Origin: an uncultured delta proteobacterium
GTDB lineage: Bacteria; Desulfobacterota; Syntrophia; Syntrophales; UBA2192
Length of the DNA stretch: 64,000 bases
Assembly (NCBI GenBank): GCA_963705165.1
Contig: CAVPJD010000030.1
Location: forward strand, 1-64,000
Direction of reading: 5' to 3'
Part shown: piece by piece, positions 1 to 9,827 of the stretch
Position numbering within the stretch: position 1 is the stretch's first letter
Layout: every line of letters starts with the position of its first letter
Position numbers and translations under genes: made by a program
The notes under the pieces: generated by a model
What the model was told of the DNA's origin: nothing
Seen by the model: only the letters and a program-made list of their open reading frames with translations
Databases searched by the model: none

Positions 1-73
1 CGGTTTTTCCGTCTCCGGGCTGTTTATTCCTGAAGCCCGGGGCCGGAAGCCTGTTGCCGGCGGTTAAAGACCG

Positions 74-1192
74 CTATATTTTCAGCGGCATGACGATACA
101 CAGATACCCGCTGTCCTGTGCCGGCCTCACAATGGCCGGACGAAGCCCGCTGCGGATCTCCAGAGTGAACTTCTCCTCGTCGACGGCTTCGATGGCCTCG
201 AGGAGGTATCGGACGTTGAATCCGACCTCGATCTCGCCCTCCTGGTACTGGATCTCGACCTCGTCGCTTGCCTCTCCGACGTCCGGGTTGATGGAGTTGA
301 GGACCATCTTGTCGGGCTGGAACCGGATCCGTACGCCGCTGTATCGCTCACTGGCCATGACGCTCATGCGCCTGAGGGCGTGGAGCACAGGATCGCGGTC
401 AAGTTCCACCAGGGTGCCCTTGTCTTTCGGGACCACGCGCTTGTAGTCGGGGTACTCGGCGTCGATGAGGCTCACCTTCAGGATAATACCGTCCTTCTTC
501 AGAACGCACATCCCCTTCTTCACCCCGAGCTCGATGGGACCTTCCTTGTCCTCGACGATGCGGCGGATTTCCGTGATGCCCTTGCGGGGGATGATCATCC
601 CCTTTTCAAGCCCCAGGACCTGCTCGATTTTCGGGTCGGCGCTCGCGATGGACAGGCGGTGGCCATCAGTGGCCACCATCCGCAAGATGACGGCCTCCTG
701 CTCTTTTTCAGCCCTCAGGAGGACACCGTTGAGGTTGACCCTGGACTCATCGGTGGACATGGCAAAGAAGGTCTTTTTGATCATGTCGCTGATCATGGCT
801 CCGTCCACTCGGATAAAGCCCACTTCCTCGTCGTCCATCATCTTCGGGAACTCCTCCGCAGGGATACCCGGAACTCTGAAATTAACCTTCCCGCAGGTGA
901 TGGCGACCCAATTCGAATCCTCTTTCTTGAAGTGCACCGACTCGCCCTGGATTTCCCGGAGCAGCTCGTAGAGCTTGCGGGCCGGCAGAGTGATCTCGCC
1001 GTCCTTGATGACCTGCGCCTCATAATCGGCAATGAGACCGATTTCACGATCCGTTGCCACAATACGGATCCGGTCCGCCTCTGCCCGGATGAGAACATTG
1101 TTCAATACAGGCATCGAGGTGCGTCTGTCCACAATACCCAGGGTCTTCTGCACACCGCCCAGGAAAACGTCACGCTTCACACTGAATTCCAT
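74..1192 (-). CDS. dnaN: DNA polymerase III beta sliding clamp
   Basis: 372 aa; ATDREI, VATDGHRL, YPDYKRVVP, GFNVRYL and C-terminal IVMPLKI motifs; downstream of dnaA. Confidence 0.98.
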   Translation of the reverse strand: MEFSVKRDVFLGGVQKTLGIVDRRTSMPVLNNVLIRAEADRIRIVATDREIGLIADYEAQVIKDGEITLPARKLYELLREIQGESVHFKKEDSNWVAITCGKVNFRVPGIPAEEFPKMMDDEEVGFIRVDGAMISDMIKKTFFAMSTDESRVNLNGVLLRAEKEQEAVILRMVATDGHRLSIASADPKIEQVLGLEKGMIIPRKGITEIRRIVEDKEGPIELGVKKGMCVLKKDGIILKVSLIDAEYPDYKRVVPKDKGTLVELDRDPVLHALRRMSVMASERYSGVRIRFQPDKMVLNSINPDVGEASDEVEIQYQEGEIEVGFNVRYLLEAIEAVDEEKFTLEIRSGLRPAIVRPAQDSGYLCIVMPLKI

Positions 1193-1254
1193 AAGCCCGT
1201 TTCCTTTCCGTCACTTGGTTTTCGGCGTATCCCTTCGAGGCCTTATCCTGTCCT

Positions 1255-1423
1255 GAAGTTCTCCCCACCACCAACAGGTCCTATTAACTATTAACTAAAT
1301 AAGAAAAAGAGAAGAGAAGAGTTATTAGTAATAGGGCCTGTTAACTGGTGAATAGAACCAATCCTTTCATGATTCCGAAGATCTGCCGTAATCAATCCTG
1401 TTCATAACTCCAGAGAACAGCTG
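1255..1423. other. Probable oriC unwinding region (dnaA-dnaN intergenic)
   Basis: AT-rich tract in a GC-rich genome; AACAGGTCCTATTA (1273-1286) and an inverted copy TAATAGGGCCTGTT (1329-1342), each GC patch followed by CTA/TTA trio-like repeats. Confidence 0.75.
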
Positions 1424-2776
1424 TCAGCTTCTGTTGAGAGTTTCCTCAATTTCCTTGATTGCCGTCTCTATTTTCGAATCTTTTTCAAGAAGATCCTTGA
1501 TCTTGTTATTCGCATAGATGACCGTTGAGTGATCTTTCCCGCCTATTTTTGCACCAATGTCGGGGAAGGAGTGAGAGGTCAACTTCCTTGCAAGATACAT
1601 GGCAATTTGTCTCGGAATCACAAGGTTTTTGTTTTTTTTATGAGACTTCAAGTCCACGATTCTTATATTGAATTTAGCTGCAACCGTTTTCATAATCTCA
1701 TCGACGGTGACATCCGGTTTCTCTCCCTGCTTGAAGAACTTTTTCAACACTTCCTTGACGAGATCCATGTCAATTTCCCGTCCCGTCAGAGAGGCATAGG
1801 CACCGATCCGGATGATGAAACCCTCGAGCTCACGGATGTTGGATTCCGCTTTCGAGGCAATGTAGTATGCCACGTTTTTCGGCAGAGAGAGGTTGTTTTC
1901 GTGGGCTTTCTTGTCAACGATGGCCACCTTGGTTTCGATTTCCGGCGGCTGAATGTCGGCGATCAGTCCCCACTCGAAACGCGATCGAAGCCTTCCTTCC
2001 AGGTTCGGGATGTCTTTCGGGAACTTGTCGCTGGTGACCACGATCTGCTTTCCCGAGTCATGGAGGGTGTTGAAGGTGTGAAAAAACTCCTCCTGGGTCC
2101 GTTCCTTCCCGGCAATGAACTGGATGTCATCGATCAGAAGAGAATCGATATTCCGGTACTTCTCGCGAAACTTCTGCATCTTGTCGTATCGGATCGAGTT
2201 GATCATCTCGTTCATGAACTCTTCGGCAGAGACATAGAGCACGTTGGCCGAGGGGATGAGCTTCAGTGTGTGGAAGCCTATCGCATTGAGAAGGTGGGTC
2301 TTCCCAAGGCCCACGCCGCCATAGATAAAAAGCGGGTTGTAGTTTTTTGCGGGAGCCTCGGCTACGGCAACAGCCGCGGCATGAGCGAACTGGTTGCTTG
2401 GGCCGACAACAAAACGCTCAAAATTATAGTTGGTGTTCAAAGACGGGTGAAATCTAGGGGACCGTTCCGTCTTGCCGTTCGGGCTGGGAGCAACAACGGC
2501 AACCGGCGCTTCAACGACCTTTTTCCCCTGGAGCGGCGTTTTATCGATGATGAGTCTCAGATTAAGCGGTATCCCGGCGACGGAAGACATGGACTCCTTG
2601 ATGATGCCCATGTAGTGCTCCGTCAGCCAGTCCCTGAAGAAGCGGTTCGGCACCGAAAGCTCGACATCGGGACCGTTCATGGAGGAGATCCGCACGGGGC
2701 TGAGCCAGGTTTCGAAGTTTTGCTTCGTTACCTTTTCCTTTATGATATCAATGCTTTTATTCCAGAAATTCTCCAA
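1424..2776 (-). CDS. dnaA: Chromosomal replication initiator DnaA
   Basis: YNPLFIYGGVGLGKTHL Walker A, LLIDDIQF, RLRSRFEWG, GGKDHSTVIYA; start moved to TTG at 2776 (GAGGGG RBS, MENFW). Confidence 0.98.
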   Translation of the reverse strand: MENFWNKSIDIIKEKVTKQNFETWLSPVRISSMNGPDVELSVPNRFFRDWLTEHYMGIIKESMSSVAGIPLNLRLIIDKTPLQGKKVVEAPVAVVAPSPNGKTERSPRFHPSLNTNYNFERFVVGPSNQFAHAAAVAVAEAPAKNYNPLFIYGGVGLGKTHLLNAIGFHTLKLIPSANVLYVSAEEFMNEMINSIRYDKMQKFREKYRNIDSLLIDDIQFIAGKERTQEEFFHTFNTLHDSGKQIVVTSDKFPKDIPNLEGRLRSRFEWGLIADIQPPEIETKVAIVDKKAHENNLSLPKNVAYYIASKAESNIRELEGFIIRIGAYASLTGREIDMDLVKEVLKKFFKQGEKPDVTVDEIMKTVAAKFNIRIVDLKSHKKNKNLVIPRQIAMYLARKLTSHSFPDIGAKIGGKDHSTVIYANNKIKDLLEKDSKIETAIKEIEETLNRS

Positions 2777-2788
2777 TGGCCCCTCAAC

Positions 2789-2818
2789 TGTAAACAATTT
2801 ATAAACATTTGTTGATAA
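2789..2818. promoter_or_regulatory. DnaA-box cluster upstream of dnaA
   Basis: TGTTGATAA (2810-2818, reverse complement TTATCAACA) plus degenerate TTATAAACA (2799-2807) and TGTAAACAA (2789-2797). Confidence 0.65.
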
Positions 2819-2868
2819 AACACAACCGGTGAACGTTATTCCGAAAAATCCGTTAAGAACCGCCAGGA

Positions 2869-3717
2869 TCAAGACTTTAAAAAAACTTCCAACAGCCTGT
2901 CCAGCTCCTCGGGGGAGCTGTAGCGGATCTCGATGGAACCGCCGTGTTTCCTGGAATGGATGTTGACCCTTGCCATGAGACGCCTGGAAAGCCGTTTCTC
3001 CAGTTCTGCCAGATGTCCGTCACCGACGGGGTTTTTTTTGACGGTCTTCGTTTTCTTCTTGCCCCGGGCGAACTCCTCGGCTTCCCTCACATTGAGACCT
3101 TTCGAGAGGATGGCCTTGAAAAGCCTTGCCTGATCCTCAACGGATTCCAACGAGAGGATGGCCCTGGCATGACCGGCAGACAGGGTCCTCTTTGCGAGTG
3201 CCTCGCGGATTTCCTTCGGAAGCTTGAGCAGCCTCAAGGCATTGGTGACGGTGGATCGTTCCTTCCCGACGGCCATGGAGATCGATTCGTGGGAGAGACT
3301 GAATTCATTCATCAGCCTGTTGAAGGCCTCGGCCTCCTCCATGGGGTTGAGATTTGCCCTCAGGAGGTTTTCGATGAGAGAGAAAACCGCCGTGTCCTGG
3401 TCTCCGGCATCGCGGATGATGACGGGTACATCCTTGAGACCGGCTTCCTGGGCGGCCCGCCATCTGCGCTCGCCGGCGATGATCTCGTAGCCCCCGTCAG
3501 AGCGCCTTGCCACGATCGGCTGAATGATGCCGCTCTTGCGGATGGAGGCCACGAGGCTCTTGTGCTCCTCGGGATCGAAATCTTTGCGGGCCTGGTAACG
3601 ATTCGGTACGAGCTCCTCGATGCCGCAGGTCACGAGAACCGGCTTGTCGCCGATTTTTTCCAGCAGGTCGGGGAACATGGCGCCCAGGCCTCGTCCCAGA
3701 GAGTTCTTTTTTATCAT
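2869..3717 (-). CDS. parB: ParB/Spo0J partition protein
   Basis: N-terminal LGRGL, IIAGERRWRAA CTPase motif, ENLLRANLNPMEEA, HTH; start ATG 3717. Confidence 0.97.
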   Translation of the reverse strand: MIKKNSLGRGLGAMFPDLLEKIGDKPVLVTCGIEELVPNRYQARKDFDPEEHKSLVASIRKSGIIQPIVARRSDGGYEIIAGERRWRAAQEAGLKDVPVIIRDAGDQDTAVFSLIENLLRANLNPMEEAEAFNRLMNEFSLSHESISMAVGKERSTVTNALRLLKLPKEIREALAKRTLSAGHARAILSLESVEDQARLFKAILSKGLNVREAEEFARGKKKTKTVKKNPVGDGHLAELEKRLSRRLMARVNIHSRKHGGSIEIRYSSPEELDRLLEVFLKS

Positions 3718-3718
3718 C

Positions 3719-4489
3719 CTAGGCTCTCCCGTCGTTGAGGATTTCATGAGCCAGGTCCATGTAGGCAACGGCCCCGCGGGACTTGACGTCGTAGAGGATG
3801 ATCGGTAGCCCGTGGCTGGGGCTCTCCGAGATTCTTACGTTTCGGGGGATGACGGTCTTGAAGACCTTGTTTCCGAAGTGACCCCTCACCTCCTCGACGA
3901 CCCGGTGAGACAGCCGGTTGCGGACATCGAACATCGTGAGCAGGATCCCTCCCAGGGCAAGCGCCGGGTTCATCCGGGAACGTACGAGCTTGACCGTGTT
4001 CAGCAGGTGTGCCAGCCCCTCGAGTGCGAAGTACTCGCACTGCAGCGGGATGATCAGGTAGTCCGAGGCCACCAGTGCGTTCAGAGTCAGGAACCCGAGC
4101 GATGGCGGACAATCGATGATACAATAATCATAGGGGGCCGAAAGGGTTTTCAGCAGCATCTTCAGTTTTTTTTCCCGTTCCTCGAGGGAGACAAACTCGA
4201 TCTCTACGCCGACGAGATCCTGATTCGAGGGAGCGATATCGAGCGCCGGGATCTGGGTCTTCACGATGACCTCGTCGATGCTGCAGCGGCCGATGAGGGC
4301 ATGGTAGAGATTCTTGTTTTCAATCGTGGACTTATTGATTCCCACCCCGCTCGTAGTATTGCCCTGTGGGTCCCCGTCTATGAGCAAGACTTTTTTTTCT
4401 GCTGTGGCGAGGGACGCCGAGAGGTTGATGGCTGTCGTGGTCTTCCCGACCCCTCCCTTCTGATTGGCAATACAAATAATTTTTCGCAT
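3719..4489 (-). CDS. parA: ParA/Soj ATPase
   Basis: NQKGGVGKTTT deviant Walker A, DPQGN, DCPPSLG, ESPSHG. Confidence 0.98.
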   Translation of the reverse strand: MRKIICIANQKGGVGKTTTAINLSASLATAEKKVLLIDGDPQGNTTSGVGINKSTIENKNLYHALIGRCSIDEVIVKTQIPALDIAPSNQDLVGVEIEFVSLEEREKKLKMLLKTLSAPYDYCIIDCPPSLGFLTLNALVASDYLIIPLQCEYFALEGLAHLLNTVKLVRSRMNPALALGGILLTMFDVRNRLSHRVVEEVRGHFGNKVFKTVIPRNVRISESPSHGLPIILYDVKSRGAVAYMDLAHEILNDGRA

Positions 4490-4639
4490 TCTTAATCGCA
4501 GAGACAGGATATTTTACCGGCTGGATGAAATTGGAAGATGCTAACATAAAAGGGGGGTTTTTCAAAGGAAAATTCAGGAGGGAAGGATAACAAAATAAAT
4601 TAATAATATCGAGCACTTAAAAAGTCACTTCCGGCCGTT

Positions 4640-5305
4640 TCAAGAGGGTTTATCCACAAGGAGGATGTGTCGATGGTCGCCTGTGAGTGGGAGCAAGAAA
4701 GGATAGCTCCCAACTATACGAAAAGTCTTGTTATTTAATGAATCCAGGCCCGCGGTCTCCTCTTCCAGGCCGGGGCCCTTCATCGCCGCCAGGACCCCTC
4801 CCGGTTTCAGCAGGGGAAGACCCATCCGCAACAGCTCCGGCAGTTTGAGAGTCGCCCGCGAGACGATCACGTCAAAGGAGGGGTTGAGATCCTCATTCAA
4901 GAGCTCCTCGAGCCGGCAGTTCAGTACGGCAATCTCCCGAAGACCCAGCCTGCGAATCACCTCCTTGAGGAAAGAGCACTTCTTTCGCGAGGCCTCGAGA
5001 AGGGTGATGTGAAGGTCTTTGCGGAAAATCTTTACGGGAATCGCAGGGAAGCCCGCCCCGGATCCGATGTCGAGGAGGGTTGCGGGCCCGGCAGGCAGGT
5101 AGGGAAGCAGGGTGAGCGAATCGATGAAGTGGCGCACGGGCAGGTCGAGCTCCGACTGCAGGGAAACGAGGTTCATCTTGCCGCTCCACAGAAGCAGCGT
5201 CTCCCGGTAGACCTCAAAGAGGGCAATCTGCTCCTCCGTCATGGCGAGCCCCATCTCGCCTGCGGCTGCGATTAGAATTTTTCGAAAATCTCCATCTCTT
5301 TCCAT
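4640..5305 (-). CDS. rsmG: 16S rRNA m7G527 methyltransferase RsmG (GidB)
   Basis: MNLVS, HFIDSL, LLDIGSGAGFP, SRA, MKG motifs; start ATG 5305 uncertain. Confidence 0.95.
   Translation of the reverse strand: MERDGDFRKILIAAAGEMGLAMTEEQIALFEVYRETLLLWSGKMNLVSLQSELDLPVRHFIDSLTLLPYLPAGPATLLDIGSGAGFPAIPVKIFRKDLHITLLEASRKKCSFLKEVIRRLGLREIAVLNCRLEELLNEDLNPSFDVIVSRATLKLPELLRMGLPLLKPGGVLAAMKGPGLEEETAGLDSLNNKTFRIVGSYPFLLPLTGDHRHILLVDKPS
4650..4658 (+). promoter_or_regulatory. Perfect DnaA box
   Basis: TTATCCACA in the last codons of rsmG, ~160 bp upstream of the parA start. Confidence 0.55.
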
Positions 5306-5306
5306 A

Positions 5307-5334
5307 TGCCTTAAGCCCTTTGCCATAAGCCATA
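5307..5334. repeat. Degenerate 7-mer tandem repeat (GCC type)
   Basis: tgcctta agccctt tgccata agccata. Confidence 0.75.
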
Positions 5335-5433
5335 TTTTGATTACCAGACGAGACATCGGCGGGCAATGAAAAAGAAGGAAACCCCCAGGTAATTTGTGGT
5401 AAACTCGCGGGACTTTGCCCAGAGGTTTTTTAG

Positions 5434-6168
5434 ATGGCTGCGAGCGCTTTCTTGGAGAATATCACCGTCGTCCTGAACAGGCCCAAGTATCCGGGCAATA
5501 TCGGTTCCGTGGCCCGCTGCGCCAAGAACATGGGCATCGAGAATATCCTCGTCGTGGGCGATATCGACTTCGACGAAGAAAAGATCAGGCAGATGTCGAC
5601 GCACCTGGCCGCCGATGTGGTGGCTCGGATCCGATACGAGAAAGACCTGCAAAAGGCCCTGTACGGCTTCCAGTACATCGTGGCGACGACGGCCCGAATC
5701 GGCCGGGCGCGGCCGGCCTTCCAGACACCGCGGGGGGCGGCGGAAAAGATCGTGGAGATATCCAGGAAGAACCAGGTGGCCCTGCTCTTCGGCCCCGAGG
5801 ATGCCGGACTCACGAACGATGAGCTTCGTTACGGCCACCTCCTGGTCCACATCCCCGTCTCGGAGCGTTTCCGCTCCATCAACCTGTCCCACGCCGTCAT
5901 GATCCTCTGTTACGAAATCTTCACGGCTGCCTCGGGGGCAAAAAAGTTCGTCCCGCGGCTCGCCTCGTCGGGAGAGCTCGAGGGGATGTACGAGCACATC
6001 CGGGATGTGAGCCTCCGCATCGGTTTCATCAACCCCCAGAACCCCGAGTACTGGATGACGAGCATCCGGCGCTTTCTTGCCCGGGTGGAGCTTAGATCGC
6101 GCGAGGTGAAGATCATCCGCGGGTTCTGCCGCCAGATCGACTGGTTTGGCCGGAAACAAAATCCTTGA
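5434..6168 (+). CDS. trmJ: TrmJ/LasT-family SPOUT tRNA methyltransferase
   Basis: PGNIGSVARCAKNMG, LLFGPEDAGL, SINLSHAV. Confidence 0.88.
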   Translation: MAASAFLENITVVLNRPKYPGNIGSVARCAKNMGIENILVVGDIDFDEEKIRQMSTHLAADVVARIRYEKDLQKALYGFQYIVATTARIGRARPAFQTPRGAAEKIVEISRKNQVALLFGPEDAGLTNDELRYGHLLVHIPVSERFRSINLSHAVMILCYEIFTAASGAKKFVPRLASSGELEGMYEHIRDVSLRIGFINPQNPEYWMTSIRRFLARVELRSREVKIIRGFCRQIDWFGRKQNP

Positions 6169-6254
6169 CTTTCGGGCGCGGTCTGCGCCATTCTGCACCG
6201 AAGCGCCCTCGGGAATTCCATAAGCATAAAAGGGGGTTGCAGGAGGATTACAAC

Positions 6255-7412
6255 ATGCAGAAAACCTTTTCCTTCACGGGAGCCAGAAAGATCGTCTTCG
6301 GCTGCGGGTCCTTTTCGGGGCTTGCCGGACAGATCCGGGAAATGAGAGCCAGGAAACCCTTCATCGCCATGGACGGCAACCTGGCGAAGCTGGGGATGCG
6401 CGATAAGATCATGGAGATGTTCGACCGGGAAGGCATGAAAGCCGTTCTCTACGACAGGGTGCTGCCGGAGCCGCCCCTGGAGCAGGTCGATGAAGGGGCG
6501 AAGATGGCCCTGAAGGGCAAGTGCGACATCGTGATCGGGATCGGCGGCGGGAGCGCCATGGACGTGGCCAAGGCCATTGCCGTCGTGGCGGCCCACAACG
6601 CCGAGGCAAAAGACTTCCTGGGTCTCAACAAGGTCCCCGCGCCAGGGCTGCCGACGATCATGGTCCCCACCACGGCGGGAACGGGCAGCGAGGTGACCTT
6701 TACGGCCGTCTTCGTCCGGCATGACCTGAGGAAGAAAGAGGGGATGAACAGCGTCTACATGTACCCGGACCTGGCGCTGCTCGACCCGGAGCTCACCCTG
6801 AGCCTGCCGCCGCAGCCTACGGCGGCCTCGGGGATGGATGCACTCTGCCATGCCATCGAATCCTACACGTCGGTGATCGCAAGTCCCGCAAGCGAGATGT
6901 TCTCCCTGGAGGCCATCCGGCTGATCTCCGAAAACCTGAGGACCTGCGTCCACAACGGAAAGGACCTCGAGGCCCGCGAGGCCCAGATGCTCGGCAGCCT
7001 CTACGCGGGCATCGGCCTTGCCAACGCCGGAGTCGGTGCGGCCCACTCGCTGTCCTACCCCTTGGGGGGTAAATACGGCATCTCCCACGGGGTTGCCAAC
7101 ACGCTCATGCTCCCCCGGATCATGGAGTTCAACCTGCCCGGTGCCCTGGAGAAGTTCGCCATCGTCGCCGAAATGATGGGGGAGGATACGGAGGGGCTTT
7201 CCGTTCGCGATACGGCGATGCTGGCCGTGGAGGCCGTCGATGTCCTCATCGAGGATTGCGACATCGCCACGGGCCTCGAGGAACTCGGGATTCCCGAGGA
7301 GGATTTCCCCGAGATGGCGAAGGTGGCCATGACGGTGGCAAGGCCCCTGGAGAACAACCCCCGGAAGGTGACCTTCGAGGACGCCATCGCGATATACAGA
7401 ACAGCCCTGTGA
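6255..7412 (+). CDS. Iron-containing alcohol dehydrogenase (possible KdnB-like Kdo 8-oxidase)
   Basis: GIGGGSAMD, PTTAGTGSE, DALCHAIE, AHSLSY, HGVAN; AGGAGG RBS before ATG 6255; directly upstream of a KdnA-like gene. Confidence 0.9.
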   Translation: MQKTFSFTGARKIVFGCGSFSGLAGQIREMRARKPFIAMDGNLAKLGMRDKIMEMFDREGMKAVLYDRVLPEPPLEQVDEGAKMALKGKCDIVIGIGGGSAMDVAKAIAVVAAHNAEAKDFLGLNKVPAPGLPTIMVPTTAGTGSEVTFTAVFVRHDLRKKEGMNSVYMYPDLALLDPELTLSLPPQPTAASGMDALCHAIESYTSVIASPASEMFSLEAIRLISENLRTCVHNGKDLEAREAQMLGSLYAGIGLANAGVGAAHSLSYPLGGKYGISHGVANTLMLPRIMEFNLPGALEKFAIVAEMMGEDTEGLSVRDTAMLAVEAVDVLIEDCDIATGLEELGIPEEDFPEMAKVAMTVARPLENNPRKVTFEDAIAIYRTAL

Positions 7413-7416
7413 AGAA

Positions 7417-7481
7417 GAAGGTAAGATGGTGTGAGGGTGAGAAGGTAAGACAAAGAAGGAATTTCTCAACCTCTTAACTTC
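7417..7481. repeat. Inverted 8-mer tandem-repeat hairpin
   Basis: gaaggtaa gatggtgt gagggtga gaaggtaa ... ttctcaac ctcttaac ttc. Confidence 0.7.
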
Positions 7482-7550
7482 GCGAAGGACAGGTCGGGTC
7501 TGTTCATAACGATATCACTAACATAAACGAGAAACTGGAGGCAGCAAGAC

Positions 7551-8753
7551 ATGGCCGGTTCAGAGCTCATTGGAAAAGAGGAAATCAAGGAATTGATGGA
7601 CGTACTGGAGACAGGCGTCCTGATGCGATACGGTCACGACAAGGAGAGAAAGGGCGTTTTCAAGGTTCGCCAGTTCGAGGAGGCCTTCTGCCGCTACCTT
7701 GGGGTGAAATACGCCCTGGGTGTCACATCGGGTTCGGCGGCCCTGAAGGTGGCTCTCACGGCCCTGGATGTGGGCCCCGGGGACGAGGTGATCGTGCCGC
7801 CATTCACCTTCATCGCCACCTACGAGGCCGTTCTTGAAACGGGGGCCATCCCCGTTGTCGGCGATATCGACGAGAGCCTCAACCTGGACCCCGACAGCAT
7901 CGAAAAAAGGCTCACGCCCCACACGAAGGCCGTCATTCCCGTTCACATGTGCGGCGCGCCCTCGCGGATCGACAAGATCGTGGAGATCGCCAGGAAGCAC
8001 AACCTGAAGGTCCTCGAGGACAATGCCCAAGGCGGCGGCGGGAGCTTCCGGGGAAAGAAGCTGGGGACCTTCGGTGATGCGGGGATCCTGAGCTTCGATT
8101 ACTACAAGACCATGACGACCGGTGAGGGCGGCATGGTGATCACGGACAGCAAGGAGCTCTATGACCGTTCCGACTGGTACCATGACCACGGCCACGACCA
8201 CAACCCCAACGTGACGAGGGCCATGGAGGGGCGGTTCATCCTGGGATTCAACTACCGCATGAACGAGTTGCAGGGGGCCCTGGGGCTCGCCCAGCTGCGC
8301 AAGCTCGACACGATCATCGCCGGGCAGCGCAAGAACAAGGCCGACGTCAGAAATGCGCTCAGCGGAGTTCCCGGCATCCAGTTCCGGAGCATCCCCGATG
8401 CCGACGGCGATACGGCAACGTTTATCGGCTTCAGCCTGCCCTCGGCGGAGCTCACCAAGAAGTTCCAGAAGGCCATGTCGGAAAACGGCGTCGATCTCAT
8501 CTACTTCTACGAGAACTTCTGGCACTACCTGCCCAACTGGGAGCACTTCATCGCCAAGTGCACGGCCTGCTCGGCGAAGTACCCCTTCGCGGACCCCTCC
8601 TACACGGGCAAGGCCGGGTACGGCCGCGAGCTCTACCCGAAGGCCGAGGAGATTCTCCCGCGGACTCTTTTCATGGCCATTCCCGTGAAGATGGCAAGCG
8701 GGCGCATTGAGACGATCGCCGCGGCCGCACAGAAGGCCGCAAAAGCGATCTAA
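7551..8753 (+). CDS. kdnA: DegT-family PLP aminotransferase, KdnA-like (8-amino-Kdo transaminase)
   Basis: SFDYYKTMTTGEGG PLP-Lys loop; N-terminus, DHGHDH and LGLAQLRKLDTII..QRKNK recall Shewanella KdnA; adjacent to kdsB. Confidence 0.72.
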   Translation: MAGSELIGKEEIKELMDVLETGVLMRYGHDKERKGVFKVRQFEEAFCRYLGVKYALGVTSGSAALKVALTALDVGPGDEVIVPPFTFIATYEAVLETGAIPVVGDIDESLNLDPDSIEKRLTPHTKAVIPVHMCGAPSRIDKIVEIARKHNLKVLEDNAQGGGGSFRGKKLGTFGDAGILSFDYYKTMTTGEGGMVITDSKELYDRSDWYHDHGHDHNPNVTRAMEGRFILGFNYRMNELQGALGLAQLRKLDTIIAGQRKNKADVRNALSGVPGIQFRSIPDADGDTATFIGFSLPSAELTKKFQKAMSENGVDLIYFYENFWHYLPNWEHFIAKCTACSAKYPFADPSYTGKAGYGRELYPKAEEILPRTLFMAIPVKMASGRIETIAAAAQKAAKAI

Positions 8754-8820
8754 ATACATCTTTTTTTGCCTTAAGCCCTTCGCCGGCCGAGAAACGGCAT
8801 CCTGAGGAGGAGAAGCATAT

Positions 8821-9792
8821 ATGTACATCGTCACCGGCGGGGCCGGCTTCATCGGCAACGCATTCGTCTGGAAACTCAACCAGGAGGGGATCGACGACAT
8901 CCTGATCGTCGATTCGCTCGGGTGCTCGGAGAAGTGGAAAAACCTCGTGAAGAGGCGCTACGCCGACTTCATCCACAAGGACGCCTTCTACGAGATGCTC
9001 TGCGAGGGCACGCTGCCATTCAAGGCCAAGGCCGTCATCCACATGGGGGCCTGCTCCTCGACGACGGAGCGAGACGCCGACTACCTCATGGAGAACAACT
9101 TCCGCTACAGCTGCGCGCTGGCCCGCTGGGCCGTCGCGAAGAAGATCCCTTTTCTCTACGCCTCGAGCGGCGCCACCTACGGCGACGGCTCCCTGGGGTT
9201 TGCCGACGACGACAAGACCACGAAGCTGCTCCAGCCCATTAACATGTACGGCTACTCCAAGCAGCTCTTCGACCTCTGGGTCATGCGAAACAAGCTCCTC
9301 GACAAGGTCGTGGGGATCAAGTTCTTCAACGTCTTCGGGCCCAACGAGTACCACAAGGGCGAGATGCAAAGCGTCGTCCGAAAATCCTTTTTCCAGATCC
9401 GGGACACGGGGAAAGTAAGACTGTTCAAGTCCCACCGGAGCGGCTTCGGCCACGGCGAGCAGATCCGCGACTTCGTCTACGTAAAGGACTGCGTCGAGGT
9501 CATGTGGTGGTTCCTCAAGAACCCGAAGGCCCGGGGCATCTTCAACCTCGGCACGGGCAAGGCCCGCACGTGGAACGATCTCGTGAAGGCCGTGTTCAAG
9601 GCCTCGGGCGTGAAACCCAGAATCGAGTACATCGACATGCCCGTAGAGATCCGCGAACAGTACCAGTACGTGACGGAAGCGAAAATGGACAAATTGCAAA
9701 AGGCCGGATGCCCGATCCGTTGCCGGTCGCTCGAGGATGCTGTTAGCGATTATGTAAAGGAGCACCTGCAGCAGAAAGATCCTTATTTATAG
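8821..9792 (+). CDS. hldD: ADP-L-glycero-D-manno-heptose 6-epimerase
   Basis: IVTGGAGFIG, HMGACSSTTE, YASSGATYG, YGYSK, FNVFGPNEYHKG. Confidence 0.96.
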   Translation: MYIVTGGAGFIGNAFVWKLNQEGIDDILIVDSLGCSEKWKNLVKRRYADFIHKDAFYEMLCEGTLPFKAKAVIHMGACSSTTERDADYLMENNFRYSCALARWAVAKKIPFLYASSGATYGDGSLGFADDDKTTKLLQPINMYGYSKQLFDLWVMRNKLLDKVVGIKFFNVFGPNEYHKGEMQSVVRKSFFQIRDTGKVRLFKSHRSGFGHGEQIRDFVYVKDCVEVMWWFLKNPKARGIFNLGTGKARTWNDLVKAVFKASGVKPRIEYIDMPVEIREQYQYVTEAKMDKLQKAGCPIRCRSLEDAVSDYVKEHLQQKDPYL

Positions 9793-9793
9793 C

Positions 9794-9821
9794 AGGGACC
9801 GGGGACGAGGGTGTAGGGACT
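9794..9821. repeat. Degenerate 7-mer tandem repeat (GGG type)
   Basis: agggacc ggggacg agggtgt agggact fills the hldD-kdsB spacer. Confidence 0.7.
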
Positions 9822-9827
9822 AAAAAA

